DNA of 64,000 nt from Mycobacteriaceae bacterium (GCA_037138615.1 JBAXIA010000003.1:7006-71005), one strand, 5' to 3'. Counted from the stretch's first letter, positions 44,887 to 55,724 are shown. Numbers and translations: made by a program. Notes: generated by a model not told the origin, from the sequence alone.

Positions 44887-46017
44887 TCAGTCCTCGATCG
44901 ACCGACCCAACCTGTCCGCAGCATTCAGGTAGTCCTCGATGAACTCCAGCACCACCTCGCGGGCGGGTTTGATCTTGTTCATCAGGCCCACACCCTGGCC
45001 GACCCAGTAGGTGGACAGCGCCTGGGCACCCGGATGCCCGTTCTGCGCGAGTTTGTCGATGCGGCGCAGGGCCGGCTCGGCGATCATCGCCTGCAGCGGC
45101 AGGGGCAGCGGCGCACGGCCACCCTTATTCGGTGCCCACGCATTCGTCCAGTCCGAAACCAGCTGCCGGGAGGGCTTTCCGGTGCGACCCGCCGAGCGGA
45201 TGGTGTCTCGCGAACTGGCCGCCAGCATCTTCTGCTTGGTGTGCGGCGCGGTCTCGGCCTCCTCCGTCGTCAACCACACCGAACCGGTCCACGCGCCGGC
45301 CGCACCGAGGGCGACGGCGGCCGCCATCTGCCGGCCGGTCACGATCCCACCCGCCGCGAGTACCGGGATGTCGCGACCACCGGGGACATCGGCGATGGCT
45401 TCAAGAACCTCCGGGATGAGCACCAGCGTTGATACCTCGCCGCAATGCCCACCGGCCTCGGTGCCCTGAGCAACGATGAGATCGACACCGGCGTGCACCT
45501 GCTTGATCGCATGCTCTTTGGCACCGACGAGCGCGGCGACCGGAATACCGCGTTCCTTGCCGGCTTCGATCATGTAATCCGGGGGGACGCCGAGAGCGTT
45601 GGCCATCAGCTTGATCGGGTGATTCAGGGATACCTCGAGCAGGTTCTGACCGGTGTCACCGGAGAGTGCGGAGGAGGCGATGCGCACCTCTTCGATCGGG
45701 ATGTCGTGCTCGGCGAGCAGTTCGCTGATGAATGCCCGGTAGTCCTCCGGAATGCGATCGGCGAGCTGGCCGGCCGTCAGGTTCTCGCCCTTGCCTTCGA
45801 ATTTGGCCGGCACGATGATGTCCACGCCGTAGGGCTTGCCGTTGACATGCTCGTCGATCCAGCACAACTCCTGCTCGAGCTGCTCGGGCGTGAACGCCAC
45901 ACCGCCGAGAACGCCGAACCCGCCCGCACCTGACACCGCGGCGACCACGTCGCGGCAGTGGCTGAAGGCGAACAGCGGGAAGTCGATGCCGTACTGGTCA
46001 CAGATCTCTGATTTCAC
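44887..46017 (-). CDS. Nitronate monooxygenase / NPD-family FMN oxidoreductase
   Basis: TIM-barrel NPD pattern: ...GGFGVLGG..., VAQGTEAGGH and AAGGIVTGRQ. Confidence 0.85.
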   Translation of the reverse strand: MKSEICDQYGIDFPLFAFSHCRDVVAAVSGAGGFGVLGGVAFTPEQLEQELCWIDEHVNGKPYGVDIIVPAKFEGKGENLTAGQLADRIPEDYRAFISELLAEHDIPIEEVRIASSALSGDTGQNLLEVSLNHPIKLMANALGVPPDYMIEAGKERGIPVAALVGAKEHAIKQVHAGVDLIVAQGTEAGGHCGEVSTLVLIPEVLEAIADVPGGRDIPVLAAGGIVTGRQMAAAVALGAAGAWTGSVWLTTEEAETAPHTKQKMLAASSRDTIRSAGRTGKPSRQLVSDWTNAWAPNKGGRAPLPLPLQAMIAEPALRRIDKLAQNGHPGAQALSTYWVGQGVGLMNKIKPAREVVLEFIEDYLNAADRLGRSIED

Positions 46018-46041
46018 CCGACCAGTATGCGCCGCGGGCCC

Positions 46042-47073
46042 TCAGCCACGAAGCGGGGCGAACGCGAACTCCCGCAACCCCTGTTCGGGCCGGATCTGAG
46101 CTCGGAATCCGAGCAGTTCGGCGGCCCGGGCCGGATCGGCGACTATATGGCGAACGTCGCCGCTGCGGTACTGGCCGGTGACGACCGGAGCGGGTCCGCC
46201 GCGGGCCTCGCACAGTGCCCTCGCAACCTCGATGATCGAGACCGGCTGCCCCGAACACACGTTGGCGGCCAGGAAAGCCCCAGAATCGGCACGCACAGCG
46301 GCGACATTGGCGGCCGCAACATCGTCGACGTGGACGAAGTCACGCATCTGCCCGCCATCCTCAAAAACCTTAGGCGCCTCGCCATTTTCAAGGGATGAAC
46401 GGAAGATCGCCGCCACTCCGGAATACGGGGTGTCTCGGGGCATGCCCGGTCCGTAAACGTTGTGGTAGCGCAGCGCCACCACGGAGCCGCCTGCTGATTC
46501 CGCCCACGCCAGCGCGTAGTTCTCCTGGGCGGTCTTACTCGCGGCATACAGACTGCGCGGCCGCAGCGGCGCGTCCTCGCCGACCAACCGCCAGGAGAGA
46601 TCCTCGCCACCGACCGGGCACCGATGTTCGAAATGACCGGCGTCCAGGTCAGCCGGCGTTCGCGGCAATGGATCGACCGCGCCATGCACCGGGCACTCGT
46701 AAAGGCCCTGGCCGTAGACCACCATCGACGATGCCAGCACCAGCCGACGAACTCCGGCCGCGAACATCGCGGCCAGCAGGACCGCGGTGCCGTAGTCATT
46801 GTGCGACGCATACGACGGTGCGTCGGCGGCGTTGACGCCTGCCCCGACCACGGCGGCCTGATGACAGACGGCATCGACGCCCTTGAGTGCGTGTGCGACG
46901 GCGTCAGCATCGCGGATGTCGAGCCGACGGCATCCCTGGGGTATCACCGCCCCAGGCCCGTGGGCGGCGTCGAGCAGGGTGTCGACCGCGACAACGTCAT
47001 GTCCATCGGCGCGTAGCGCGGTGTGCACCCGGCCACCGATGAAACCGGCCGCACCGGTGAGCAGCACCCTCAT
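46042..47073 (-). CDS. galE3: NAD-dependent epimerase/dehydratase (GalE3/Rv0536-like)
   Basis: MRVLLTGAAGFIGGRV Rossmann start and YAASK catalytic motif. The ATG overlaps the MTAP stop (ATGA). The symbol is tentative. Confidence 0.85.
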   Translation of the reverse strand: MRVLLTGAAGFIGGRVHTALRADGHDVVAVDTLLDAAHGPGAVIPQGCRRLDIRDADAVAHALKGVDAVCHQAAVVGAGVNAADAPSYASHNDYGTAVLLAAMFAAGVRRLVLASSMVVYGQGLYECPVHGAVDPLPRTPADLDAGHFEHRCPVGGEDLSWRLVGEDAPLRPRSLYAASKTAQENYALAWAESAGGSVVALRYHNVYGPGMPRDTPYSGVAAIFRSSLENGEAPKVFEDGGQMRDFVHVDDVAAANVAAVRADSGAFLAANVCSGQPVSIIEVARALCEARGGPAPVVTGQYRSGDVRHIVADPARAAELLGFRAQIRPEQGLREFAFAPLRG

Positions 47074-47855
47074 GGCAGATCGAAGGGAAGCTCGACGCCC
47101 TCGTGGGCCAGACAGTGCGTACACACCCGATCTGAGGCCACCCGATCGATGGCATCGTGAATAAGCGCCTTGAACGGGCCGATATTGCGCTCAAATTCGG
47201 CGAAGACATCCACTGCCCGCACACCGGCACCGACATGAACGCCGGCGTCGACATCGGTAACGAGTGCGATTGCTGCGTAACACATCTCGAGTTCTCGGGC
47301 GAGCACTGCCTCCGGGTATCCGGTCATGTTCACCAGGGTGAATCCTTGGCGGGCGAACCATTCGCTTTCTGCCCGGGTGGAAAAGCGGGGGCCCTGAATC
47401 ACGACCACGGTTCCGCCATCGATCACCCCGGGCGCATCAGTCACGGCGGCCCGCAGTGTCGGACAGTACGGATCGGCGAACCCGACGTGAATCCCGCCGG
47501 AGTCGAAGTAGGTATCCGTGCGACCGCGGGTGCGGTCGACGAGTTGGTCGGGAACCACCACCGCGCCGGGTCCAAGTTCAGCGGTGAGACTGCCCACCGC
47601 GCAGGGCCCAAACACGCGGCGCACGCCCAGCGCCCGCAATGCCCACATATTGGCCAGGTACGGCACGGTGTGCGGTGAGTACTCGTGGCTGCGACCATGG
47701 CGCGGCAGGAAGGCCACCTGATGCGTACCGACCTGGCCTACGGTGATCGGCGCACTCGGTTCACCGTAGGGCGTGTCGATGTTGACGCTGCGCGCATCGT
47801 CGCCGAAGAAGGTATAGAAGCCGCTGCCACCGATGACGCCGATCACGCAGACCAT
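47070..47855 (-). CDS. mtnP: S-methyl-5'-thioadenosine phosphorylase
   Basis: VIGVIGGSGFY...FLPRHG..H..PH.V.Y.AN pattern of PNP/MTAP family 2, in the Rv0535 position. Confidence 0.9.
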   Translation of the reverse strand: MVCVIGVIGGSGFYTFFGDDARSVNIDTPYGEPSAPITVGQVGTHQVAFLPRHGRSHEYSPHTVPYLANMWALRALGVRRVFGPCAVGSLTAELGPGAVVVPDQLVDRTRGRTDTYFDSGGIHVGFADPYCPTLRAAVTDAPGVIDGGTVVVIQGPRFSTRAESEWFARQGFTLVNMTGYPEAVLARELEMCYAAIALVTDVDAGVHVGAGVRAVDVFAEFERNIGPFKALIHDAIDRVASDRVCTHCLAHEGVELPFDLP

Positions 47856-47878
47856 TGTGGGCCATTAGGCTTCGTGGA

Positions 47879-48502
47879 ATGTTGCGGGTGACTATCTCGA
47901 TGGCACTGGGGGTGCTTGCGGCCATATTGACCGGTGCCCTACGGGATGAGTGGCACTACTCGCCTGCGGTGGGCTGGATCGTGGCGGCATCGGTGTATCT
48001 GGCCACGACGTGGTGGGTGGTCGCACCCTTGGACGGGGCGGCCACCGAAGCGCACGTCAAACAGCGCCACGAAGACGGTGCTCCGACGGTCTCGCACATC
48101 ATCATCCTCGTCGCTAGCGTCGCAAGCCTGGCCGGCGTCGGCTATCTACTGGTCGGGGCGGGCCCGGAGCGCCATCTCGGTGAGGCTGCGGTCGGCATCC
48201 TGAGCGTGATTGCGGCCTGGTTCGCCATCCACACCACATTCATGGTGCGCTACGCCCAGCTCTACTACCTGGGTGCCGAGCCGGATGCCGTCGGCTTCCA
48301 CCAAACCGATTACAAGCCTCGCTTCCTCGATTTCGCCTATCTGGCATTCACCGTGGGTATGACGTATCAGGTATCGGACACCGACCTGGCCAGCCGGCCC
48401 ATGCGCGGATCGGTTCTGGCACAGGCGCTGGTGTCGTTCATGCTCGGCGCGATCGTGCTGGCGAGCACCATCAACCTTGTCCTGCAGTTGGCCGGCCACT
48501 GA
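47879..48502 (+). CDS. DUF1345 membrane protein
   Basis: It has 4-5 helices and the motif [12 protein letters not shown]. The track start at 47855 would overlap the divergent MTAP start, so the ATG at 47879 is preferred. Confidence 0.7.
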   Translation: MLRVTISMALGVLAAILTGALRDEWHYSPAVGWIVAASVYLATTWWVVAPLDGAATEAHVKQRHEDGAPTVSHIIILVASVASLAGVGYLLVGAGPERHLGEAAVGILSVIAAWFAIHTTFMVRYAQLYYLGAEPDAVGFHQTDYKPRFLDFAYLAFTVGMTYQVSDTDLASRPMRGSVLAQALVSFMLGAIVLASTINLVLQLAGH

Positions 48503-49380
48503 TGGCCAGCGTCGCGCAGTGGATTGAGGGTGCGCGTCCGCGCACCCTGCCCAACGCAATCGCGCCGGTGGTCGCCGGCACCGGTGCGGCAGCCTGGCTG
48601 CACAGCGCCGTCTGGTGGAAGGCCCTGCTGGCGCTGGCGGTCTCGATGGCACTGATCGTCGGGGTGAACTACGCCAACGATTATTCCGACGGGATTCGCG
48701 GCACCGACGATGAGCGGGCCGGACCGCTTCGGCTGGTCGGATCGAAGGTCGCCGCCCCACGCGCGGTGCTGGGTGCAGCGGTCATCAGCCTTGCGGTGGC
48801 CGCCCTTGCCGGCGTGACCCTGGCGATTCTGACCGCACCCTGGCTGATCGCAGTCGGCGCGGCGTGCATTGCCGGCGCCTGGTTGTATACCGGAGGCTCG
48901 CGGCCGTACGGGTACGCCGGATTCGGCGAAGTCGCGGTGTTCGTCTTCTTCGGGTTGGTCGCGGTGTTGGGCACGCAGTACACCCAGGCACACCGGGTCG
49001 ACCTCGTGGGCGCGACGCTGGCGGTGGCGACCGGCGCGTTGTCGTCAGCGGTATTGGTGGCCAACAACCTGCGCGATATCCCGACCGACGCGGTCGCCGG
49101 CAAGATGACTTTGGCAGTGCGACTCGGCGATGCACGGACCCGAGTGCTCTATCAGTCACTCCTGGTACTGGCCGGGGCTCTCACAGTGACATTGATGCGG
49201 GCGACGCCGTGGTGCGCGCTCGGCCTGCTCGCCGCGCCGCTGGCGCGCAGGGCCGCCGGACCGGTGCGGCGGGGTCGGGGCGGACGCGAACTGATCCCGG
49301 TGTTGCGTGACACCGGCCTGACAATGCTGGTGTGGTCGCTGGCGGTGGCGGCTGCACTGGCGTTCGGCCCTCGGGGCTGA
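48502..49380 (+). CDS. menA: 1,4-dihydroxy-2-naphthoate polyprenyltransferase
   Basis: UbiA-family motifs ([14 protein letters not shown], second Asp-rich NNLRDIPTD), polytopic, in the Rv0534c position. Confidence 0.93.
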   Translation: MASVAQWIEGARPRTLPNAIAPVVAGTGAAAWLHSAVWWKALLALAVSMALIVGVNYANDYSDGIRGTDDERAGPLRLVGSKVAAPRAVLGAAVISLAVAALAGVTLAILTAPWLIAVGAACIAGAWLYTGGSRPYGYAGFGEVAVFVFFGLVAVLGTQYTQAHRVDLVGATLAVATGALSSAVLVANNLRDIPTDAVAGKMTLAVRLGDARTRVLYQSLLVLAGALTVTLMRATPWCALGLLAAPLARRAAGPVRRGRGGRELIPVLRDTGLTMLVWSLAVAAALAFGPRG

Positions 49381-49698
49381 CTACTCCGGTGGATTCTTTT
49401 CCCCGCGTAGCCTGGCCTGCAAGTCCTCGCGATCATGGCGACGGCGCTCATCGACTTCGGCAATACCCGCGGTGGCGCGCCGGCGCAGCGGAGCCAGCAG
49501 CCAGATGCCCAGTGGCAGCGAGATCACGATCGCGAACAGCATGGCGATGACGAGTGGGAACTCCTTGATGCCGATCAGTCGCGCCGCGTAGAAGATGGCC
49601 GCCGTGAGCACCGCTACCAGCACAAGTCGGGCCAGCGTGTAGATGACCACGTCACCGACCATGCGACCGGTGCTGCCGACTGTCTCGTCATCCGTCAC
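49381..49698 (-). CDS. DUF4229-type two-helix membrane protein (Rv0531-like)
   Basis: 105 aa with two adjacent hydrophobic helices and a charged C-terminal tail. Confidence 0.65.
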   Translation of the reverse strand: MTDDETVGSTGRMVGDVVIYTLARLVLVAVLTAAIFYAARLIGIKEFPLVIAMLFAIVISLPLGIWLLAPLRRRATAGIAEVDERRRHDREDLQARLRGEKNPPE

Positions 49699-49745
49699 GG
49701 AGCTGAGCCTACCGACGCGCGTATATTCGGACCAAGGAGGTTTTT

Positions 49746-49901
49746 GTGCTTTATCTGCTGCTCATCCTTGCCATTGCGACGCTGGTCTACGTCGGCCTGC
49801 GGTCGGCTCGCGCGCACGCTCACCGGTCGACGCCGCGCGTTATCGGCCCGGACGACGACCCTGATTTCCTCTGGAAACTCGGCGGCGGCGACAAGCGCTA
49901 G
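49746..49901 (+). CDS. Small single-helix membrane protein (51 aa; below the ORF-track cutoff)
   Basis: AAGGAGG lies 6 nt upstream of the GTG at 49746. The product (V)LYLLLILAIATLVYVGLRSARAH...DDDPDFLWKLGGGDKR has one TM helix. My hand count gives G/C at 40 of 50 third codon positions. Confidence 0.55.
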   Translation: MLYLLLILAIATLVYVGLRSARAHAHRSTPRVIGPDDDPDFLWKLGGGDKR

Positions 49902-50905
49902 CTCACTCCGGCGTAGGAGTGCAGGCCGACGGTCACCAGATTGATGAAAAACAGGTTGAACACCATGGCTACGAAACCGGCCACGTTGATCCACGCCGCC
50001 CTTCTATCCCGCCAGCCCGCCGTTGACCGCGCGTGCAGATAGGCCGCGTAGATCACCCATGCGATGAACGACAGCGTTTCCTTCGGATCCCAGCCCCAGT
50101 AGCGTCCCCACGCCTCCTCAGCCCAGATGGCGCCGAAGATGACCCCGAAACCGAATACCGGGAACGCAAAGATCGTTGTGCGGTAGGCGATCCGGTCCAG
50201 CGACTGGGCGTCGGGCAGTCGGGAGACGATCCGCGCTAATGTCGCTTGCGGAGCCGCCGGGCCGGCGCCATCGGGCCGCGCGTCAGGGTCCCCGAACCGC
50301 GACATCTTCAGCAGGAAGAGAATGCTGGCTACCCCGGCCACCAGGAACACCCCGGAGCCGAGGCTGACCACCGAGACGTGGATCGGTAGCCAGTAGGACT
50401 GCAGCGCGGGCATCACCGGCGCCGCGTTGGTGTAGAGCCACTTTCCCGACACCGTAAGCAGGATCAGCACCGGCACCAGAACGAACACCCACAGTGCCCG
50501 GAACTGCGGCTTGCGCAGCACCACCGAGGCCGCAACCAGACCGCAGAAACTGGTCAGGTTGATGAACTCGTACATGTTGCCCCAGGGCACCCGGGTGGTG
50601 GCCAGTCCGCGCAACACGATGCAACCCAATAACAGCGCAATGCCGAGGTAGACCAGTGCCAGGCCCGCCTTGCCGAAGCGGTCCGCGAGCGCGGGTGCCG
50701 GCGTCTCGACCACCACACCCGGCCGATCGGCGTCGGCGGCTACTCCCCCGGCAGTCACAAGTTCGCGCTGTTCGACCCGACGCCCGCGACTGGACGCGAG
50801 TTCAACAGCGAGCAGCATCAGCGCGAGGACAAGAACGACAACCGATGCGGTGAACGCCCAATCCGAGTAGCGGGCCAGGCCGATGTCGATGTGCTCGGTG
50901 TTCAC
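49898..50905 (-). CDS. ccsA: Cytochrome c biogenesis protein CcsA (system II haem lyase subunit)
   Basis: Trp-rich WWD-type motif (WAEEAWGRYWGWDPKE), polytopic, in the Rv0529 position. Confidence 0.92.
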   Translation of the reverse strand: MNTEHIDIGLARYSDWAFTASVVVLVLALMLLAVELASSRGRRVEQRELVTAGGVAADADRPGVVVETPAPALADRFGKAGLALVYLGIALLLGCIVLRGLATTRVPWGNMYEFINLTSFCGLVAASVVLRKPQFRALWVFVLVPVLILLTVSGKWLYTNAAPVMPALQSYWLPIHVSVVSLGSGVFLVAGVASILFLLKMSRFGDPDARPDGAGPAAPQATLARIVSRLPDAQSLDRIAYRTTIFAFPVFGFGVIFGAIWAEEAWGRYWGWDPKETLSFIAWVIYAAYLHARSTAGWRDRRAAWINVAGFVAMVFNLFFINLVTVGLHSYAGVS

Positions 50906-52455
50906 GAACCCTCCGCTACTCGCTGGGCAAGCTTGTCGAACTCGCCGCCCCAGCCGGAATTATCGGTACGGGCCAATCCGCCCAATTCGACTTTCACCGT
51001 ACCTGGGCCGTCGGGGATGATCCGAGCCCACACCCGGCGGCGGCGCACGATCAGGGAGACCAGAAGGCCCGCCATCATCGCCATCGCCGACGCCAGGACC
51101 CATGCCTGGCCGGGGTCGTGTGAGACCTGGAGATTGACGAACGGGGTCGCCCCGTCGAAACGCACCACGGTGCCGTCGTCCAGACGTACCTGTTGGCCGA
51201 GGGTGAGATTGGTGCGCTTGACCTTGGTCAAGCGCTTCTGCTCGAGGAGTCGGTGATCCAGGGTGAACAACGATTGCGGCCTCCCGCTGTCCAGTCCGGC
51301 GTCACCGCGGTAGATGTCGATCGCGACCGCGGGGTCTTTGAGTGTCGGGAAGCTCGACGACAGCAACGTGCCGTCCATCTGCTGAGTCGGCGCGAACAAC
51401 CCCATGATGGCGAGCTGGTGCTTGCGCCGCTGGTCCGGCGGGTACAGCCCGGCTGGCGGGTCGATGCGCATCACGCCCGACGACAACAGGGTGCGCGGGT
51501 CATCCGGTCGCCACTGGATGGTCTGGGTGCGCTTCTGCCCGTCCGGAAATGTGACGGTGAAGGTTGGCGCGTAACCGTGGCCCTGCAGGTAGATCCGGTC
51601 GCCGCCGATTCGTAGCGGATGGTTGACCTCCAGCCGGTAGGGCCGCCAGGTATTCGAGGCGAGATCGGGTCCGGCCTGGTAATCGATATTCGACGCGAAT
51701 GCGGTGGCCTGGCCGTTGGGCAGATAGCGAGCCTGAAAGTCGTTTACTCGAATGCACATCGGGTAGAGCGAGGTTCCGTCGACACTGTTGCCCGCGCGGA
51801 AAGAATCGAACACTGCCGGGGATGCGGAGCAGAAGCCGGGTCCGCCGTTGGCAATGACAATGACGTTGCCCTCATAGCCGAACAGCTTGCCCAGCGCGAC
51901 GGCGACCAGCAAGCCCAGTAGCGAGAAGTGGAAGACGATATTGCCGAACTCGCGCAGATAACCCTTCTCAGCCGAGATCTCCGTGACACCGTCAACCTGG
52001 CGGGTGACCCGCCGCCAGCCGCGTAGGTCGGAATTGATTTGGGCAACAACCGATTCGGGTGTGCCTGCGACGGTCACGTCCGCGTTTTTAGGCAGCCGAC
52101 CCAGGTTCCGCGGAGCCGCTACCGGCACGGCACGCAGGCTGCGCATGTGCTCGAAGGTTCGCGGGGTCAAACAACCCACTAGCGAGATGAACAACAGCGC
52201 ATAGATGGCCGTGAACCAAAAACTGGAGAACACATCAAACAATTGGAGGCGGTCCAGCCACGGACCGATGGTGGGGTGCTCGGAGATGTACTGCTGCACC
52301 TTCGACTCATTGAGGCTGCGTTGCGGCAGCAAAGCACCGGGTACCGCGCCCAGAGCGAGCAAAAAGAGCAGCGCCAGCGCGGTGCCCATGGAGGTCAGCG
52401 CTCGCCAAGTGTTACGCGCATAGGCGAGAAGGGTTTTCACAACACCGGTGCTCAA
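50902..52455 (-). CDS. resB: Cytochrome c biogenesis protein ResB/CcsB
   Basis: About 517 aa, with N-terminal TM helices, a large extracytoplasmic domain and a C-terminal TM helix. It has 4-nt overlaps with both neighbours. Confidence 0.9.
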   Translation of the reverse strand: MSTGVVKTLLAYARNTWRALTSMGTALALLFLLALGAVPGALLPQRSLNESKVQQYISEHPTIGPWLDRLQLFDVFSSFWFTAIYALLFISLVGCLTPRTFEHMRSLRAVPVAAPRNLGRLPKNADVTVAGTPESVVAQINSDLRGWRRVTRQVDGVTEISAEKGYLREFGNIVFHFSLLGLLVAVALGKLFGYEGNVIVIANGGPGFCSASPAVFDSFRAGNSVDGTSLYPMCIRVNDFQARYLPNGQATAFASNIDYQAGPDLASNTWRPYRLEVNHPLRIGGDRIYLQGHGYAPTFTVTFPDGQKRTQTIQWRPDDPRTLLSSGVMRIDPPAGLYPPDQRRKHQLAIMGLFAPTQQMDGTLLSSSFPTLKDPAVAIDIYRGDAGLDSGRPQSLFTLDHRLLEQKRLTKVKRTNLTLGQQVRLDDGTVVRFDGATPFVNLQVSHDPGQAWVLASAMAMMAGLLVSLIVRRRRVWARIIPDGPGTVKVELGGLARTDNSGWGGEFDKLAQRVAEGS

Positions 52456-53219
52456 ATCGGCAGCCTCACGTCACTGACGAACGCGTCGCGCACCCACGAG
52501 ATGAAGTCATTCCACACGCCGGTCACCAGGGCCAGTCCGACAACAATGAGCAGGATGCCCCCGAACATCTGAATGGCGCGGGTGTGGTTGCGCAGCCAAC
52601 CGAATGCCCCAACCGCCCATCCGGAACCCACTGCCAGCGCGATGAACGGAATGCCCAGACCCAGGCAGTAGGCGATCACCAGGGCCACGCCGCGCGCGAC
52701 ACTGGCGCCGTCGGTGGCCGATGCGACCGCGATGACACCGGTCAGTGTCGGCCCCAGACACGGTGTCCAGCCGAGCGCGAACACCGCACCGAGCAGTGGC
52801 GCGCCGGCCACACCGGCCAGTTGGCGCGGGGCGAATCGGGCCTGCCGCTGCAGGGCCGGAATAAATCCGATGAAGACCAGACCCATGATGATGGTCACGA
52901 TGCCACCGATACGTTGCAGCACAACCTGATTGGTGATCAGCGTGGTCGTCATACCGAGTACAGCGACGGTTCCCAGGACGAATACCGCGGTGAATCCGGC
53001 GACGAATAGCGCTGCGGATCCCACGACCCGCCAGCGTCGCGGCACGTCAGCCCCGTCCACACCGTCGTCAACCCCGACCACAGCCGCCAGGTAGGACAGA
53101 TACCCGGGAACCAGTGGCACCACGCACGGTGAGGCGAATGACACCAGGCCGGCCAGCACACAGAGTCCCAGCGCTACCAGCAGCGGGCCTGCCGACGCCG
53201 TCTCAGCGAGACCGGTCAC
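52452..53219 (-). CDS. ccdA: Cytochrome c-type biogenesis thiol:disulfide electron transporter CcdA
   Basis: DsbD-beta family with two conserved Cys in TM helices (SPCVVPL..., TPCLGP). Confidence 0.9.
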   Translation of the reverse strand: MTGLAETASAGPLLVALGLCVLAGLVSFASPCVVPLVPGYLSYLAAVVGVDDGVDGADVPRRWRVVGSAALFVAGFTAVFVLGTVAVLGMTTTLITNQVVLQRIGGIVTIIMGLVFIGFIPALQRQARFAPRQLAGVAGAPLLGAVFALGWTPCLGPTLTGVIAVASATDGASVARGVALVIAYCLGLGIPFIALAVGSGWAVGAFGWLRNHTRAIQMFGGILLIVVGLALVTGVWNDFISWVRDAFVSDVRLPI

Positions 53220-53809
53220 CGCTCGGCTGCCAGCCGCTGTACCACCGGCAGCAGATCCTCGGCGAGTAGTTCGCGAAGGAACACTGCGGCGACCCGATGT
53301 TCGCGGTCCAAAACCACCGTCGAGGGAATCACGGTGGTGGGGTACTTCCCGCCGAAGGCGATCATGGTGCGCATGGCCGGGTCGTAGATGGAAGGAAAGG
53401 TGATCTTGCGATCGGTGATAAAATCTCGGGGAGCTTCAATGTCGTTGTCGCGGACGTCGATTCCCAGGAACGCCACACCCTGATCGCGAGTGGCGTCGTA
53501 AACCTTTTGCAGCTGGGTGATCTCGGCGCGGCACGGCCCGCACCACTGTCCCCAGATGTTGATCACCACCACCTTGCCGGGGAAGTCGTTCAGCGAGATG
53601 GTGCGTGTCGTGTCCATCAGATCGGGCCCCGACACGGGTCCCGGTTCGCCGCGGCTCTGCGGCGGGTCGTAGACGATGTCGGTCTTGCCGCCCGGTGCGA
53701 CGAACTCGAAGGTGCCGCCCTGGGCGACGGCGTCATCGCCGGTTGAGCAGCCGGCGACCAATGCCGCCGCGGCCGCCGCAGCGAGGGTGTTCGCGAGGAA
53801 CCGCTTCAC
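53216..53809 (-). CDS. TlpA/ResA-like thioredoxin-fold lipoprotein (Rv0526-like)
   Basis: Lipobox LVAGCS and the WCGPC active site. Confidence 0.9.
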   Translation of the reverse strand: MKRFLANTLAAAAAAALVAGCSTGDDAVAQGGTFEFVAPGGKTDIVYDPPQSRGEPGPVSGPDLMDTTRTISLNDFPGKVVVINIWGQWCGPCRAEITQLQKVYDATRDQGVAFLGIDVRDNDIEAPRDFITDRKITFPSIYDPAMRTMIAFGGKYPTTVIPSTVVLDREHRVAAVFLRELLAEDLLPVVQRLAAER

Positions 53810-54414
53810 TCTCCCGCCGGCTCCCAGTACTTCCAGTCCACGAGTTCGTCGCCATCAAAGACGAAGGTGTTCAGTGAGGCCAGGTCGCACATTCTTTTGC
53901 GCGGATCGTGCGGCAGTCGGTGACCGAGCATCGAGCGGCGCAGAATCTCCACCGGCAGTTGGTGACTGACGCAGACCACCTCGTGTCCGATACCCAACAT
54001 CCGGGCCTCGACGACTGCTCGGCGCATCCGCGCGGCAACCTGCTTGTAGGGCTCACCCCAGGACGGCCGCAGCGGGTTGGCCAAGTACTTCCAGTTGCGC
54101 GGGTCACGCAGTGCGCCGTCGCCGGGTGAAACACGCTGCCCTTCGAAGACGTTCTCGGACTCGATGAGGTCCCCATCGGTGCCGATCGTCAGTCCGTGGT
54201 GTCCGGCGATGGGTGCCGCCGTCTGCTGGGCGCGCTCCAGTGGCGAGGCGATCACCGCGACGATGTCGCGGCCGGCCAGTGCGTCGCCGACCGCCTGAGC
54301 CTGGGCCTTGCCACGCTCAGACAGATAGAAGCCCGGCTTGCGCCCGTAGAGGATCTTGTCCGGGTTATGTACCTCGCCGTGGCGCATGACATGCACGGTG
54401 GTGCGGTCGCTCAT
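53806..54414 (-). CDS. Histidine phosphatase (phosphoglycerate-mutase family, Rv0525-like)
   Basis: VMRHGEVHN (RHG motif) and SPLERA; a later His is present. Confidence 0.88.
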   Translation of the reverse strand: MSDRTTVHVMRHGEVHNPDKILYGRKPGFYLSERGKAQAQAVGDALAGRDIVAVIASPLERAQQTAAPIAGHHGLTIGTDGDLIESENVFEGQRVSPGDGALRDPRNWKYLANPLRPSWGEPYKQVAARMRRAVVEARMLGIGHEVVCVSHQLPVEILRRSMLGHRLPHDPRKRMCDLASLNTFVFDGDELVDWKYWEPAGE

Positions 54415-55724
54415 GGTTGTCTGGCTTCCGCTGCGGCCTGTGCTGCCGCCGGCAGTGCGTCCGCAATGCGCTCGAAAGCATCGTCGTCGAGAGCGGCGGA
54501 GACGAACCAGGTTTCGAAGGCACTCGGCGGGGCATAGACACCGGCATCCAGAAGCGAGTGGAAAAACGCCGGAAAACGCCAGGTGTCACTGTCCCGGGCG
54601 GCAGCGAAGTCGGTGACCGGATCCTCGGCGAAGAACACCGATAGGAAGTTGCCCGCCCGCGGAACCTGATGCGCAACACCGGCTTCGGTCAGCGCACCGG
54701 ACAGTAGGCCGGCCAACCGATCGGCTGCTGTATCCAGTGCGGCGTACACCGCATCGTCAGCGTTGCGAAGAGTGGCCAGGCCGGCCGCCACCGCGACCGG
54801 GTTTCCGGAGAGCGTTCCCGCCTGGTACACGGGTCCGAGTGGGGCGAGGCGTTCCATCACGTCGGTGCGCCCGCCGAAGGCCGCCGCAGGCAGTCCTCCG
54901 CTCATGACCTTGCCGAAGGTGAACAGATCGGCATCGACGGGATCAATTCCGTACCAACCGGATCGGCTCATCCGGAATCCGGTCATCACCTCGTCGACGA
55001 TCAGTAGTGCTCCGTGCTGCGCGGTGATCCGGCGCAGCGCGGCGTTGTAGCCGGGCAGGGGCGCGACCGCACCCATGTTTCCCGGGCAGGCCTCGGTGAT
55101 GATCGCGGCGATGGTGTCGCCGAAGGCGGCGAAGGTCTCCTCCACGGCGGCGACATCGTTATAGGGCAGGACGATGGTGTCGGCGGCGGTGGCACCGGTG
55201 ACACCGGGCGAGGAGGGCAGTCCTAGGGTGGCCACGCCGGAGCCGGCGTCGGCCAGTAGCGCATCAACGTGGCCGTGATAGCAGCCGGAGAACTTGACGA
55301 TCTTGGCCCGCCCGGTGAAACCGCGGGCCAGGCGCACCGCGCTCATGGTGGCCTCGGTGCCGGAGTTCACCAGCCGGACCCGCTCTACCGGGGCGACCCG
55401 GGCGATGATCTCGGCGGCCAGTTCGGTTTCTCCGGCCGTCGGGGCGCCAAATGACAGCCCGTCGGCAGCCGTCCGCTGCACGGCCTCCACCACAGCCGGG
55501 TGGGCGTGACCGAGAATCATCGGACCCCAGGAGCAGATCAGGTCGACATACCGGTTGCCGTCGGCGTCGGTGAGCCAGCAGCCTTTCGCCGAGGCGATAT
55601 AGCGGGGCGTGCCGCCAACGGAGTTGAAGGCCCGCACCGGGGAGTTGACCCCGCCCGGGATCACCCCGCAGGCCTCGGCGAACAGTTTCGCCGAGGCGGT
55701 CGTGGGTGCCGCCTGCCCGCTCAT
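54411..55724 (-). CDS. hemL: Glutamate-1-semialdehyde 2,1-aminomutase
   Basis: ...[20 protein letters not shown]..., and a PLP Lys region [10 protein letters not shown]. The ATG at 55724 is preferred over the 45-codon upstream extension. Confidence 0.94.
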   Translation of the reverse strand: MSGQAAPTTASAKLFAEACGVIPGGVNSPVRAFNSVGGTPRYIASAKGCWLTDADGNRYVDLICSWGPMILGHAHPAVVEAVQRTAADGLSFGAPTAGETELAAEIIARVAPVERVRLVNSGTEATMSAVRLARGFTGRAKIVKFSGCYHGHVDALLADAGSGVATLGLPSSPGVTGATAADTIVLPYNDVAAVEETFAAFGDTIAAIITEACPGNMGAVAPLPGYNAALRRITAQHGALLIVDEVMTGFRMSRSGWYGIDPVDADLFTFGKVMSGGLPAAAFGGRTDVMERLAPLGPVYQAGTLSGNPVAVAAGLATLRNADDAVYAALDTAADRLAGLLSGALTEAGVAHQVPRAGNFLSVFFAEDPVTDFAAARDSDTWRFPAFFHSLLDAGVYAPPSAFETWFVSAALDDDAFERIADALPAAAQAAAEARQP

